This document shows positions 19,617 through 29,039 of a DNA stretch of 64,000 nt, piece after piece. Every line of letters starts with the position of its first letter. Within the stretch, counting starts at the first letter, position 1. The position numbers and the translations under genes were made by a program. The notes beneath the pieces are model-generated. The model worked only from the letters and a program-made list of their open reading frames with translations, did not search any database and was not told where the DNA came from. The stretch is from Candidatus Saccharimonadales bacterium (lineage in GTDB: Bacteria > Patescibacteriota > Saccharimonadia > Saccharimonadales > EFPC-124), in the NCBI GenBank assembly GCA_035710125.1, contig DASTDY010000039.1, forward strand, positions 6,848 through 70,847. Reading direction: 5' to 3'.

Positions 19617-19880
19617 CTAGGCGTGGTCTGTAATCGCCAAAAGCGTCCAGCTACTTTGTGCGTCGTCGCACTTTAGGCGGTAATGTGCACCTTTACCATC
19701 GGTCATATCGAAGATGCGCGTGATTTCCCCGCCTTTTTTAATAAGGTACTGCAAACCGTTTAAGAAGGTGTATGCCTGGCCGTTGTATTCCATGCGCCGC
19801 GGGTAGGTTGTAAAGTCCCGTGTGCTACGAAAACTAAGCGAGGTTATGTTGACGCCTTCGTTGATAGTTTGTTTGTTCAT
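19617..19880 (-). CDS. Hypothetical small protein
   Basis: 87 aa, backbone-like composition. AGGAAG lies upstream of the ATG. A hairpin plus T-run (AACCCGCTCAATAGAGGGGGTTATTTT on the + strand) lies nearby. Confidence 0.5.
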   Translation of the reverse strand: MNKQTINEGVNITSLSFRSTRDFTTYPRRMEYNGQAYTFLNGLQYLIKKGGEITRIFDMTDGKGAHYRLKCDDAQSSWTLLAITDHA

Positions 19881-20196
19881 TGCTTTCTTCCTGTTCGAGA
19901 TTTATCGCTGTTATATAGGCGAACGGGTTTTAAAACAGGAGCTTACTTGGCAGTGGTTTTGTTCAACCGCTCTAAAACAAAACTGGCCCAGGTAAACCAA
20001 TGTAGCTTTTAGGGCGCGTTTGCTAACCCTTAAAGCGCGAAAGCGCCGCCACGTGGCGGCCTGAAACTTTTTATAAAAGTTGTTAAAGCCTGTATGTAAG
20101 AAGGTGCTTGCACCAGCACACACATGACTGTTCATATTATAACAAGTTGGGTATGAGTGAATAGACTTGATAATACTTATGTTTATTGTGAGGCTC

Positions 20197-20233
20197 ACGT
20201 ACAAGCACGGCAGTGGCGCTCGTGCTTGTACGT
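20197..20233 (-). terminator. Perfect 13-bp hairpin 3' of the 20249-21031 cassette
   Basis: ACGTACAAGCACG (20197-20209) pairs with CGTGCTTGTACGT (20221-20233). No U tract on either strand. Confidence 0.5.
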
Positions 20234-20248
20234 ACGCCGAAAAGCAAG

Positions 20249-21031
20249 CTACTCAATGAACGTGACGCCCTCTGCGGCCCAGTAGGCACGCATGGCCGAA
20301 GGCAGGTACGCCACACGTTCAGAAGGCAGGGGCGATTTCGAAACCGGCCCGAGTTTGCATTTTTCACAGTGCATGTCAGACAATGCTAGCCCACAGTGCG
20401 CACACAGGGAAAAGACGATTTTGTAGTCGCCGGCCATCTCTTCCCGTTCGATGGGTGCAATGCTGCACCGCTTGAACGTATCTTCGAGCAGTTTTGGTCG
20501 TTTCACGGGTGGGGTGCTGTAAAGTTCCCTGCTGGTTGTCGTGAACCATGCCACTCCTGCGTGAACCGTTGTGATCGTGTTGTTGTATGCATGAGGCCTT
20601 GAGGGGTCAGATAGAACCACCCACGGCGAGATGCCTGATGTATCTGCGCTCAAGAATACTGGCCAGTTTCGCATGCCGAAACCGGTTGCGGTGTTCTTGT
20701 GTACCACGCGTGGACTTCTTTGGTCCACCTCGCGGACGTAGCTGTTCCGAAAATCTTTTGCACTGTAAGCAGTGGGGGCGCGGCGGGCCTGTACACGGAG
20801 CAGTCCCTCTTGGTCCTTAGATAGCGCCCAGTATGCGCCACGAATGTATAGCCCTGGCAGGGCCAACTGGCAGGTTTGGCCTGGGAACTCTTGGTCTTCG
20901 ATCGTTAGTACATCTTTGGCGGTTGCGAGACTCAGGTGTGGCGTCAGGCGATCAAGCAGGTGGTTGGTCATCTGCTGTGGCCGGGAGTACACAGACAACA
21001 GTGTCTGCTCGTACACATCCCTGCTAGGCAT
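20249..21031 (-). CDS. Hypothetical protein with C-terminal CxxC...CxxC zinc ribbon (GC-rich cassette)
   Basis: ATG at 21031 after AAGGAGCACCTA. C-terminal LCAHCGLALSDMHCEKCK. Confidence 0.55.
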   Translation of the reverse strand: MPSRDVYEQTLLSVYSRPQQMTNHLLDRLTPHLSLATAKDVLTIEDQEFPGQTCQLALPGLYIRGAYWALSKDQEGLLRVQARRAPTAYSAKDFRNSYVREVDQRSPRVVHKNTATGFGMRNWPVFLSADTSGISPWVVLSDPSRPHAYNNTITTVHAGVAWFTTTSRELYSTPPVKRPKLLEDTFKRCSIAPIEREEMAGDYKIVFSLCAHCGLALSDMHCEKCKLGPVSKSPLPSERVAYLPSAMRAYWAAEGVTFIE

Positions 21032-21082
21032 TAGGTGCTCCTTTGCAAATCGGCACACTTAGTATGACACAATTGGTTTGAT

Positions 21083-21111
21083 TTACAACAAACTACATTA
21101 TCTGCTATACT
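21083..21111 (+). promoter_or_regulatory. Candidate sigma70-type promoter of typA
   Basis: TTACAA (21083-21088), 17-nt spacer, TATACT (21106-21111), about 45 nt upstream of the typA ATG. Confidence 0.4.
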
Positions 21112-21154
21112 GTAAAACAATAAGGGCGCTTCTTTTAAGATAGGCGCATTTTTT

Positions 21155-22987
21155 ATGACTAAGCAAGACCAAACAAAGATCCGCAATATCGCAATCATCG
21201 CCCACGTTGACCATGGTAAAACCACCCTGGTAGATGGGTTACTTAAGCAATCCAACACTTTCCGCGATAACCAAGCCGAAATGTCGCAAGAACTCATTAT
21301 GGACAGCGGCGCCCAAGAGCGGGAGCGCGGCATTACTATTACAGCCAAAGTGACCGCTGTGCAGCACAATGATTATCGCATTAATATTATCGACACTCCA
21401 GGCCACGCCGACTTTAGCGGCGAAGTAGAGCGTACGCTTAATATGGCCGATGGCTGTATTTTAATTGTTGACGCCCAAGAAGGCCCTATGCCGCAGACTA
21501 AGTTTGTACTGGGCAAGGCGCTGGCTGCTAATCTAAAACCTATTGTCATTATTAACAAGATAGACAAAACCGGCAGCCGTATCAAAGAAGTAGAAGACGA
21601 ACTCGCCGACCTATTTTTAGAGCTCGCCGTACACGAAGACCAACTGCACTACCCTATTTACTACGCCATTGGCCGCGCCGGCAAGGCCTGGGCTTCGGCT
21701 CCTGAAAACCCCGAAGCCGAGGCAACGCTCGACCCAATTTTTGACGCCATCATTAACCATATTCCTGCACCAAAAGTAGAGGCTGACAAGCCGTTCCAAA
21801 TGCTCGTAACCGCGCTTGCCTGGGACAACTTTAAAGGCAAATACGCCATTGGCCGTATAAGTCGAGGGCAAGTTAAAAGCGGCGACCAAGTTGCAGTCTG
21901 CAAAAAAGATGGCTCAACCACCAAAGGTAAGATAGAGCTCGTCTTTATGAGCCATGGCCTTAGTAAATTCGAGGTACCAGAGGGAATCGCCGGTGACATC
22001 GTACAGCTTACTGGCCTCGCCGATGTCCAAATTGGCGAGACAGTTGCCGACGTAAACAACCCAGAGGCCCTGCCGATCATAGAGGTAGAAGCTCCGACGC
22101 TCGAAGTATTCTTAGGTCCTAACACTAGTCCGTTCAAGGGTCAAGAAGGCGAATTTAACACCGGCCGCCAAATTGGCGAACGTCTTAAAAAAGAGCTCGA
22201 GACCAACGTAGGCCTTCGCGTGCAAGACGACGGCATAGGCTTTAAAGTAGCTGGCCGCGGCGAACTGCACGTGAGCGTGTTGATCGAAACTATGCGCCGC
22301 GAGGGCTACGAGTTCGAGGTTGGCCGGCCCCAAGTAGTTACTAAACAACAAGATGGCCAAACCATGGAGCCACTCGAAGAAGTTAGTATAGAAGTGCCCG
22401 CCGAACACGTAGGTACCGTACAAATGGAGCTTGGGCAGCGCCGCGCCGCCCTAAAAGAGCAGTTCTCTACTAGCAAAGGTGTTACAAAATTAGTGTACGA
22501 GCTTCCAACCCGTGCATTGTTGGGGTTACGCAATATTTTGCTTACCCAAACCAAAGGCACTGTAGTTATAAATAGCTTGCTGGTGGGCTACCAGCCTTTG
22601 GGCGCGCCTTTGCAACAACTGCGTAATGGAGTGCTAATTTCGTTTGAAACAGGCGTGACCACGCCATACTCGCTCGAAACTGCCGAACAACGCGGCGTGT
22701 GCTTTGTGGGTCCGGGCGAAAAGGTATATGCAGGCCAGATTATCGGCCTTAACCGTCGCGGCGAAGACCTAGAAATCAACGTATGTAAAACAAAGCACCT
22801 CACAAACATTCGCAGCTCGTCGAGTGATGGCATTGTACAGCTTACCCCGCCAACTATTTTAAGCCTCGAACAGTGTCTCGATTTTATTGAGAACGACGAG
22901 TTGCTTGAGGTAACCCCTAAGAACCTACGTCTCCGTAAACGCGAACTTAACCCAACGCTGCGCAAGCGCCAAAACCAAAACCGCTAA
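21155..22987 (+). CDS. typA: Translational GTPase TypA/BipA
   Basis: 610 aa. IRNIAIIAHVDHGKTTLVD G1 motif, DTPGHADF, NKID. Full EF-G-like domain order. Confidence 0.95.
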   Translation: MTKQDQTKIRNIAIIAHVDHGKTTLVDGLLKQSNTFRDNQAEMSQELIMDSGAQERERGITITAKVTAVQHNDYRINIIDTPGHADFSGEVERTLNMADGCILIVDAQEGPMPQTKFVLGKALAANLKPIVIINKIDKTGSRIKEVEDELADLFLELAVHEDQLHYPIYYAIGRAGKAWASAPENPEAEATLDPIFDAIINHIPAPKVEADKPFQMLVTALAWDNFKGKYAIGRISRGQVKSGDQVAVCKKDGSTTKGKIELVFMSHGLSKFEVPEGIAGDIVQLTGLADVQIGETVADVNNPEALPIIEVEAPTLEVFLGPNTSPFKGQEGEFNTGRQIGERLKKELETNVGLRVQDDGIGFKVAGRGELHVSVLIETMRREGYEFEVGRPQVVTKQQDGQTMEPLEEVSIEVPAEHVGTVQMELGQRRAALKEQFSTSKGVTKLVYELPTRALLGLRNILLTQTKGTVVINSLLVGYQPLGAPLQQLRNGVLISFETGVTTPYSLETAEQRGVCFVGPGEKVYAGQIIGLNRRGEDLEINVCKTKHLTNIRSSSSDGIVQLTPPTILSLEQCLDFIENDELLEVTPKNLRLRKRELNPTLRKRQNQNR

Positions 22988-23052
22988 AAACAAGCGGACT
23001 AGCAAAACGGCGGAGCAGCGCAAAAGCTTCGCCTTTTAAAGAGGATACATCC

Positions 23053-23388
23053 GTGGAACAGTCCAATAGATATGACCATGAAGAGCGCTATAAAGACAGC
23101 GCGGACGTACTCGCCCACGAGGCAGAGATTGCCGAGATCGATGCCCAAATTATGCGCCTATGGCAGCGCCGCAACGAGCTTGCCCGCCTTGTGGCAGCTA
23201 TCCGCCGCAAGTCAGGCAGGCCGGCCAACCCTTATAGCGAAGAGCTTAGTGACCGCAGTCGGTTTGTGCATCGCGCCCAGGAGCTGGGGGTGTCCCGTGC
23301 CTTAGGTGGTGAGGTGATAGACCTGCTCACAAAAGCGGCCCATAAACCTTTGCCGCCCACTAATCCAGAGACTCAGGCCGGCCAGTAA
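23053..23388 (+). CDS. Small chorismate mutase (AroQ)-like helical protein, possibly degenerate (GC-rich)
   Basis: 111 aa with a GTG start. AEIAEIDAQIMRLWQRRNELARLVAAIRRKSG resembles the AroQ N-terminal helices, but the first catalytic Arg position reads Glu. By-eye alignment only. Confidence 0.3.
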   Translation: MEQSNRYDHEERYKDSADVLAHEAEIAEIDAQIMRLWQRRNELARLVAAIRRKSGRPANPYSEELSDRSRFVHRAQELGVSRALGGEVIDLLTKAAHKPLPPTNPETQAGQ

Positions 23389-24022
23389 ACCAATCACGTA
23401 CCAACTGCTGTTGTGGTAGGCCGGCTTGCAGCAGTGAACCGCCAATTTCATCGACCATAGCGCTCGGCCCCGATACATATACTACGCGCTGCAGTGCATT
23501 TGGTAACGCTAAAATCTGGCCAAGCGTTGGCCTGCTGGATTGTTGCTGTACAGAAAATCCAGCGTGCGCACGTGCAAGCTGCCGTAGCTCGTGCCCAAAA
23601 ACTGCATCAGAACGTGAGCTATATATAAGGTGGGCGTTTAGCGGCAGCCGCTTATGGCTACGGTCCGTTGCCATTGCGTAAAAAGGAGTAATGCCAATGC
23701 CGGCAGCCACCCAGATGTGGGGTAAGGTCGATTCACGCCATGTAAAATCGCCATCAACCGCAAAGGCGCGCACCTCTGTACCTGGTTTGAGCGAAAAGAG
23801 CTTTTGCTTATAGGAGCTTTCGCTATTACGAGTGGTTATCTCTATAACACCTTTGTGCGGATGGGCAGAAATAGTAAAGCGATGCTCTAGCGGCCCATAG
23901 GTGCCAGGCACTTCGATTTTAATTGACTGCCCTGCTATCCAGCTTGTTTTTTGTAGGGGCGCAAAACTAAGCGTCGCAACATTATGTGAACGCCATGCTA
24001 TGCTTTTATACAGAAGTTGCAT
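23360..24022 (-). CDS. FNR-type FAD/NAD(P)-binding oxidoreductase
   Basis: Trimmed to the ATG at 24022 (MQLLYKSIAW...). HRFTIS (RxYS-like FAD motif) and AAGIGITPF (NAD(P) motif). The upstream 217 aa of the 438-aa track ORF are antisense to the tail-fibre-like gene. Confidence 0.65.
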   Translation of the reverse strand: MQLLYKSIAWRSHNVATLSFAPLQKTSWIAGQSIKIEVPGTYGPLEHRFTISAHPHKGVIEITTRNSESSYKQKLFSLKPGTEVRAFAVDGDFTWRESTLPHIWVAAGIGITPFYAMATDRSHKRLPLNAHLIYSSRSDAVFGHELRQLARAHAGFSVQQQSSRPTLGQILALPNALQRVVYVSGPSAMVDEIGGSLLQAGLPQQQLVRDWFTGRPESLD

Positions 24023-24113
24023 ACATAATATTGTACGTTTTAATTGCGTTTCTGTATGCAAAAGCTTACTATGTAACCAAGGTAAACATAAACAATATAA
24101 TTTATATACATAT

Positions 24114-24860
24114 ATGAGTAGATTGCCAATACCAGGGTCAGACGACGGTACATGGGGAGATGTTCTAAATGACTTTTTGTCGATAGAACATAACAGCGAC
24201 GGAACGCTTAAAGCTGGCGGATCGCTCGCTGCAAAAGCAAGCTCATCAATAACAATATCAGCCGGCACCGGTTTGACAGGCGGCGGTGACCTTTCTGCTA
24301 ACCGTACGCTCACTGCAAACTTTGGCACTTCCGCCGGAACGATTGCCCAGGGTAACGATTCCCGCATAACAGGCGCAGAGCAAGCCGCCAATAAAGGTGC
24401 GGCCAACGGATACGCGAGCCTAGACTCTGGCAGCAAGCTCCCAACCTCGCAGTTGCCACTGCATGGCTCTACCCATGCCTCTGGCGGGAGCGACCCCGTT
24501 ACCCTACGCCTAATGTTGCCAACTTTTACTAAAAATGGCGTGTTGTTTACAGATACTGGCACATTACGGCTACCCATGGATGCCTCGTATACTGTTATTG
24601 GCGTCCGCCTTATGGTGGGAACTGCACCGACTGGCGCGAGCGTTATTGTAGACGTCAACAAAAACGGTACTACCATCTTTACTACACAAGCTAACCGCCC
24701 TACTATTGCTGCTGGCGCTAACGCTGGCGGCCCAGGCGCAGCCCCTGATGTAACCTCACTTGTGGCTGGCGACTATATTACTGTAGATATCGACCAAGTT
24801 GGATCAACCGTAGCCGGCGCAGACCTAACAGTCTCTATCATTGTAGACAGAACCTCTTAA
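24114..24860 (+). CDS. Phage tail-fibre-like surface protein
   Basis: ATG at 24114. MSRLPIPGSDDGTWGDVLNDFLSIEHNSDGTLK N-terminus, GGGDLSANRTL and GYASLDSGSKLPTSQLP motifs, as I recall from phage tail-fibre / minor tail proteins. Confidence 0.6.
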   Translation: MSRLPIPGSDDGTWGDVLNDFLSIEHNSDGTLKAGGSLAAKASSSITISAGTGLTGGGDLSANRTLTANFGTSAGTIAQGNDSRITGAEQAANKGAANGYASLDSGSKLPTSQLPLHGSTHASGGSDPVTLRLMLPTFTKNGVLFTDTGTLRLPMDASYTVIGVRLMVGTAPTGASVIVDVNKNGTTIFTTQANRPTIAAGANAGGPGAAPDVTSLVAGDYITVDIDQVGSTVAGADLTVSIIVDRTS

Positions 24861-24862
24861 GC

Positions 24863-27148
24863 ATGGCCCAGTTAAACAATTCAACCCAGTTCACTGCCCC
24901 TGGCAACTCTGCGAGCTTTAACGTGACAGTTCCGTCTGTTGCAGCTGGCGCCAAGCTGGTGTGCGTTACGTATGGTGGCGCGATCGTCACGGCGTCTATT
25001 AGCGGAAATGATTTTACAAAACGTACCCAATCGCTTAGCTCACTAGAGGTTGTGTGCCAGGACATCGTAGCGGCAGGTGGAGAGACTACCGTCGCTATAT
25101 CGCTTAATGGCGCCGAAAACGTAAGTGGTGTCATTTTTGAGTTCGCCTCTGGATCGCTTGGCGCATTCATAAATGGCGCAGCAAACAGTGGGACGCTCGA
25201 CTCGCAACAGCAAGGCTCTGCGGGTTCAATTGTTACCACTGGATCAGCTGTTATTTTTAGCGCATACGCTGTTATAGATACTACCACCGCTGCGGCGCGG
25301 CGCTGGTGGGGATTAGAGCCAGTAGGCAAGGTTGTGCTTAACGCGCATAATAATAATGTTGGGGCAAACAAGTTTTGGGGGCAGGTTGGCGTATCTGATG
25401 TGTCTGGCGCAGGTACCTATACTTCTGTAAGTGGTCGGGCCTTGGGTAGTAACTACCAGGCAGCCGCTTGGGCATATGCTGATTCGTCGGGAATCCCAAC
25501 GTATGCTAATGTGTACCCGAACGCAATTGCCGCCGAAAACTCCTTGCCTGGATCAGTGTCGACAAGCTGGTATGGGGCGTTTGCAAATGCTAACATCGCT
25601 GGATACACAGATAAGATTTCTTATGCGCCGGGCGATACAGTTAACTTTAAAGTAAACTCAAATAATATAGGCTTCGGAGTAGAAATTACCCGTGTTGGTT
25701 TTTACAATTACGTAAACTTTGGCGGCAAGCGCAAGGCATCTGTTACAGGGACTCCAGCGGTGCAGGCTGCCCCCACAATAGACTCATACGGCGGCACGGT
25801 TTGTGCTTGGTCTACAACTGCAACATGGACGATTCCTTCTGATGCTACGCCTGGGGTATATGTTGCAAATGCCCGTCGGACCGATAACTCGGCGTTTGTA
25901 TCGCAAATGGTATTCTTGGTGCGCAGCCCTGTTCCTTCCTCTAAGAGCAATAAGATCATGTTAAAAATATCTGATTTTACCTGGAACGCATATAACTTGT
26001 GGGGCGCCTTTGGCGAGGCTGGTGGTATCGGCAGCTATACTGGCCGCAACCTATATAGGCAGGCACCGGCAGGCACTGTAGCGAGCCGAGCATTCGCTGT
26101 GTCGCTCGACAGGCCGCTCACTGTGGTTGATACCCAATCGCAAACTGCTTTTGAAGACTCCGAAATTAGCCTAATAAACTTTTTAGAGGGAAACGGTTAT
26201 GACGTGGCGTACTTTTCTTGCGCCGACATAGACAAAGACCCCACTATTCCGTCTAAATTTAAAATTGCTATCTCTTCTGGACACGACGAGTACTGGTCTT
26301 TAAACATGTACAACGCCTTTGCGAATGCCCGTGACGCTGGCACTCATCTTGCCTTCTTTTCTTCTAACACGGCACTGTGGCGCGTGCGGTTTGACGGAGC
26401 AGACACTGAGCGTCGCAAGATGATCTGCTATAAGGATTCGCATGACACTACCGGATACGACAACACCACAAAGTACGACCCTGTAGAATATACTGGCACA
26501 TGGCGCGATTCTCGCACAACCGTAGGCGGCGTGAATAACCCTCTGCGCTTGCCTGAATCCGGCTTGCAGGGACAGTGGTTCATTGCTAATGGCCCACAAA
26601 ACCAAACTATTGTTGTGCCCGATACGTATAAAGACATGCCGATTTGGCGCAATACCACAGTCGCATCGCTTGGCTCGGGCGCCTCGGAATCTCTGTACAC
26701 TGGCTCACTGGGATATGAGCTTGACTATGTTAAAAGAAATGAGTCCACAACGCCTAAGAATCTAGTCCTACTTAACGAGCAAGATTTAACACTCACCGGC
26801 CAAGCAGCCAACGATAACGGCGATACGTATACGGGCAACGGTACCTTTACTTTTGGAATGTCACTATATATGGCTCCGTCAGGGGCGCTGGTATTTTGCG
26901 CTGGTACATGGCGCTGGGGCTGGGGTATTAGCCGCTTTAGGGGCGCGAACGCCGATGTAAACGGAAGCGTAAACATAACAATGCAGCAGGCTACCATTAA
27001 TTTGTTCGGCGATATGGGCGTTCCGCCTCCAGCCTTGCTGTCTACGTTGTCTAACAATGATGCTACTGCCCTGGTTGATCCAGGCGCTGAGCGCACCCCC
27101 CAGGACTATGGCTTATCGGTTCCTATGTGGGGCCAACAAATGTTCTAG
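24863..27148 (+). CDS. N,N-dimethylformamidase beta-subunit-like family protein with an extra N-terminal domain
   Basis: 761 aa, starting 2 nt after the stop of the previous gene. AENSLPGS...W, FTWNAYNLWG, SSGHDEYWS, FFSSNTALWRV, GYELDYV and FCAGTWRWGWGIS line up with segments of the Methylobacterium DMFase large subunit as I recall it. Confidence 0.65.
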   Translation: MAQLNNSTQFTAPGNSASFNVTVPSVAAGAKLVCVTYGGAIVTASISGNDFTKRTQSLSSLEVVCQDIVAAGGETTVAISLNGAENVSGVIFEFASGSLGAFINGAANSGTLDSQQQGSAGSIVTTGSAVIFSAYAVIDTTTAAARRWWGLEPVGKVVLNAHNNNVGANKFWGQVGVSDVSGAGTYTSVSGRALGSNYQAAAWAYADSSGIPTYANVYPNAIAAENSLPGSVSTSWYGAFANANIAGYTDKISYAPGDTVNFKVNSNNIGFGVEITRVGFYNYVNFGGKRKASVTGTPAVQAAPTIDSYGGTVCAWSTTATWTIPSDATPGVYVANARRTDNSAFVSQMVFLVRSPVPSSKSNKIMLKISDFTWNAYNLWGAFGEAGGIGSYTGRNLYRQAPAGTVASRAFAVSLDRPLTVVDTQSQTAFEDSEISLINFLEGNGYDVAYFSCADIDKDPTIPSKFKIAISSGHDEYWSLNMYNAFANARDAGTHLAFFSSNTALWRVRFDGADTERRKMICYKDSHDTTGYDNTTKYDPVEYTGTWRDSRTTVGGVNNPLRLPESGLQGQWFIANGPQNQTIVVPDTYKDMPIWRNTTVASLGSGASESLYTGSLGYELDYVKRNESTTPKNLVLLNEQDLTLTGQAANDNGDTYTGNGTFTFGMSLYMAPSGALVFCAGTWRWGWGISRFRGANADVNGSVNITMQQATINLFGDMGVPPPALLSTLSNNDATALVDPGAERTPQDYGLSVPMWGQQMF

Positions 27149-27185
27149 GAACGTCGTCCCTGGCTCGCTAAAGCCAGGGACGTTC
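27149..27185. terminator. GC hairpin between convergent genes
   Basis: GTCCCTGGCT (27156-27165) pairs with AGCCAGGGAC (27172-27181). Extended by GAAC/GTTC with a 3-nt bulge. Confidence 0.5.
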
Positions 27186-27207
27186 GGTGTTCCGCTGGAG
27201 CGACCTG

Positions 27208-27579
27208 CTATGACACCTCGCCCTTTTCAGGGAGATGTTTGGTCATGAGGTCGTTGGGAAACTGCACCACCTTGTTGCCGTTCTTGGCGAGGATGCGGTT
27301 CCAGGCAGAAACCGTAGCCACGTGCCGGCGGACCAACGACTGGTCTGTGTCGCGCTCGATGACCCACCCGGTCAGGTGCAGCTTGCCGTTGTCGAACTCG
27401 TTGGACGAGTGGACCAGCCAGCCTTCGTAGTGGTCCAGGTCTTCAGACCACGGGTCGGCTGGCCGGAAGTCGTGCACGCCCTCGCGGGCTTCGCCCGTGT
27501 AGAAGTACAAAAACAAGCCCGCAACGACCAGAATCAGCGCTCCCACGCCAGAAAAGATGAGAATTCTTTTCTTGTTCAA
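27208..27579 (-). CDS. Hypothetical N-terminally anchored protein (GC-rich cassette)
   Basis: 123 aa with a TTG start 7 nt after GGAGG. TM anchor ILIFSGVGALILVVAGLFLYFY. Confidence 0.55.
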   Translation of the reverse strand: MNKKRILIFSGVGALILVVAGLFLYFYTGEAREGVHDFRPADPWSEDLDHYEGWLVHSSNEFDNGKLHLTGWVIERDTDQSLVRRHVATVSAWNRILAKNGNKVVQFPNDLMTKHLPEKGEVS

Positions 27580-27815
27580 GCGAAAACCTCCGTTGCTTCC
27601 TCGACAGAGTAGCTGCTATATTGTAGCAATTTTCTGCTGCAGTTCATACGAACTTTTGCATATAAACAAATGCCGGACTATAGACAAAACATAGGGCTTA
27701 TGTTAGTATATATGTAACCTATAGATGAATACGAGTGTTTGTAACTGAGTTCTCGCCCATTCATCTGCGTGAGAATAGGTTTTATAACACTACTGTTAAA
27801 CAGGAACGTATTTTA

Positions 27816-29036
27816 ATGCAAAATTCTAACCATCGGCCGCGCCGTTCGCGGCCTAGTCAAGGTGGCCGTTTTAGCCGTCCGGTCCGCCATGTTGGCGGGC
27901 AGCGCCGAGGCCCAAAAAACCAAGCCAAGTTCATCCACCCAGATAAATTTATTAACAAGGCCAAACCTGTCCAAGAACAGGTTCCTTACGAGCCGACACA
28001 TACGTTTGCCGATTTTGGTTTTCCTCAGCCTTTGCAAAAAAATGTTGACGCCCACGGCTACGTACACCCAACGCCAATTCAAGACGGTGCAATCAAGCCT
28101 GTGCTTGAAGGCCGCGATTTAATTGGCCTTGCCAACACCGGTACTGGCAAAACTGCCGCTTTCTTGCTGCCTATTTTGTCGCGCCTTGTTGTTGACCAAA
28201 ACAGCATACGCGCCTTAATTGTTGCGCCTACACGTGAGCTTGCAGTACAGATAGACGAAGAGTTTCGTGCATTCTCACGAGGCTTGCAGCTTTACAGTGC
28301 ATTGTGTGTGGGAGGTGTTAACATTGGGCCGCAAATTCGCCAAATCCAGCGCGGTCCGCATATTATTATTGGTACGCCTGGCCGCCTAAAGGACCTGGTA
28401 CAGCAAAAAGCGCTGCGCCTTGGTGGAGCAAACATGCTGGTACTCGATGAGGCCGACCGTATGCTCGACATGGGTTTTATCCGTGACATCCAGTTTTTGA
28501 TTAACCAGCTGTCGGCTGAGCGCCAATCACTCTGCTTTAGCGCTACAATTACACCCGAAATCCGCACGTTGCTCGATAACATGCTAAAAGATCCTGTGAC
28601 CGTATCTGTGCGCACCGGAGAAACAAGCGACCACGTTGAGCAAGACGTAGTCCACGCAATATCTAAAGAGCACAAAATCGAACTGCTCGAAGACATGCTG
28701 CGCCAGCCAGATTTCGAAAAGGTCATTGTGTTCGGCCAAACGAAACATGGCGTGCAACGGCTCGCAGAAAAGCTTTCTAAGGCTGGTATTCCTTCCGAGG
28801 CAATCCATGGCAACAAGAGCCAAGGCCAGCGCCAGCGTGCGCTCGATGCTTTTAAAAAGAACAACGTCCGCGTGCTAGTGGCAACAGATGTTGCAGCCCG
28901 AGGGTTGGACATCCCGAACGTGAGCCATGTGATCAACTTTGACCAACCTAACACCTACGAAGAATACGTACACCGCATTGGCCGTACTGGCCGTGCAGGC
29001 AAACAAGGCAAAGCCTTGACCTTTGTAGCTAAATAG
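27816..29036 (+). CDS. DEAD-box ATP-dependent RNA helicase
   Basis: Start at the ATG at 27816 (MQNSNHRPRR...). GTGKTAAF, PTRELA, TPGR, DEAD, SAT and HRIGRTGRAG motifs. Long 5' untranslated region. Confidence 0.9.
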   Translation: MQNSNHRPRRSRPSQGGRFSRPVRHVGGQRRGPKNQAKFIHPDKFINKAKPVQEQVPYEPTHTFADFGFPQPLQKNVDAHGYVHPTPIQDGAIKPVLEGRDLIGLANTGTGKTAAFLLPILSRLVVDQNSIRALIVAPTRELAVQIDEEFRAFSRGLQLYSALCVGGVNIGPQIRQIQRGPHIIIGTPGRLKDLVQQKALRLGGANMLVLDEADRMLDMGFIRDIQFLINQLSAERQSLCFSATITPEIRTLLDNMLKDPVTVSVRTGETSDHVEQDVVHAISKEHKIELLEDMLRQPDFEKVIVFGQTKHGVQRLAEKLSKAGIPSEAIHGNKSQGQRQRALDAFKKNNVRVLVATDVAARGLDIPNVSHVINFDQPNTYEEYVHRIGRTGRAGKQGKALTFVAK

Positions 29037-29039
29037 TTG

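Noticed and set aside
24023-24676. N-terminal 217 aa of the 438-aa minus-strand ORF 23360-24676.
   Set aside because: This part is antisense to the well-supported tail-fibre-like gene and has no domain features. The FNR-like domain begins at the internal ATG at 24022, so I trimmed the gene.
24114-27148. Prophage.
   Set aside because: Only a tail-fibre-like gene is phage-related. No integrase, terminase, capsid, portal or att-like repeats are visible in the flanks.
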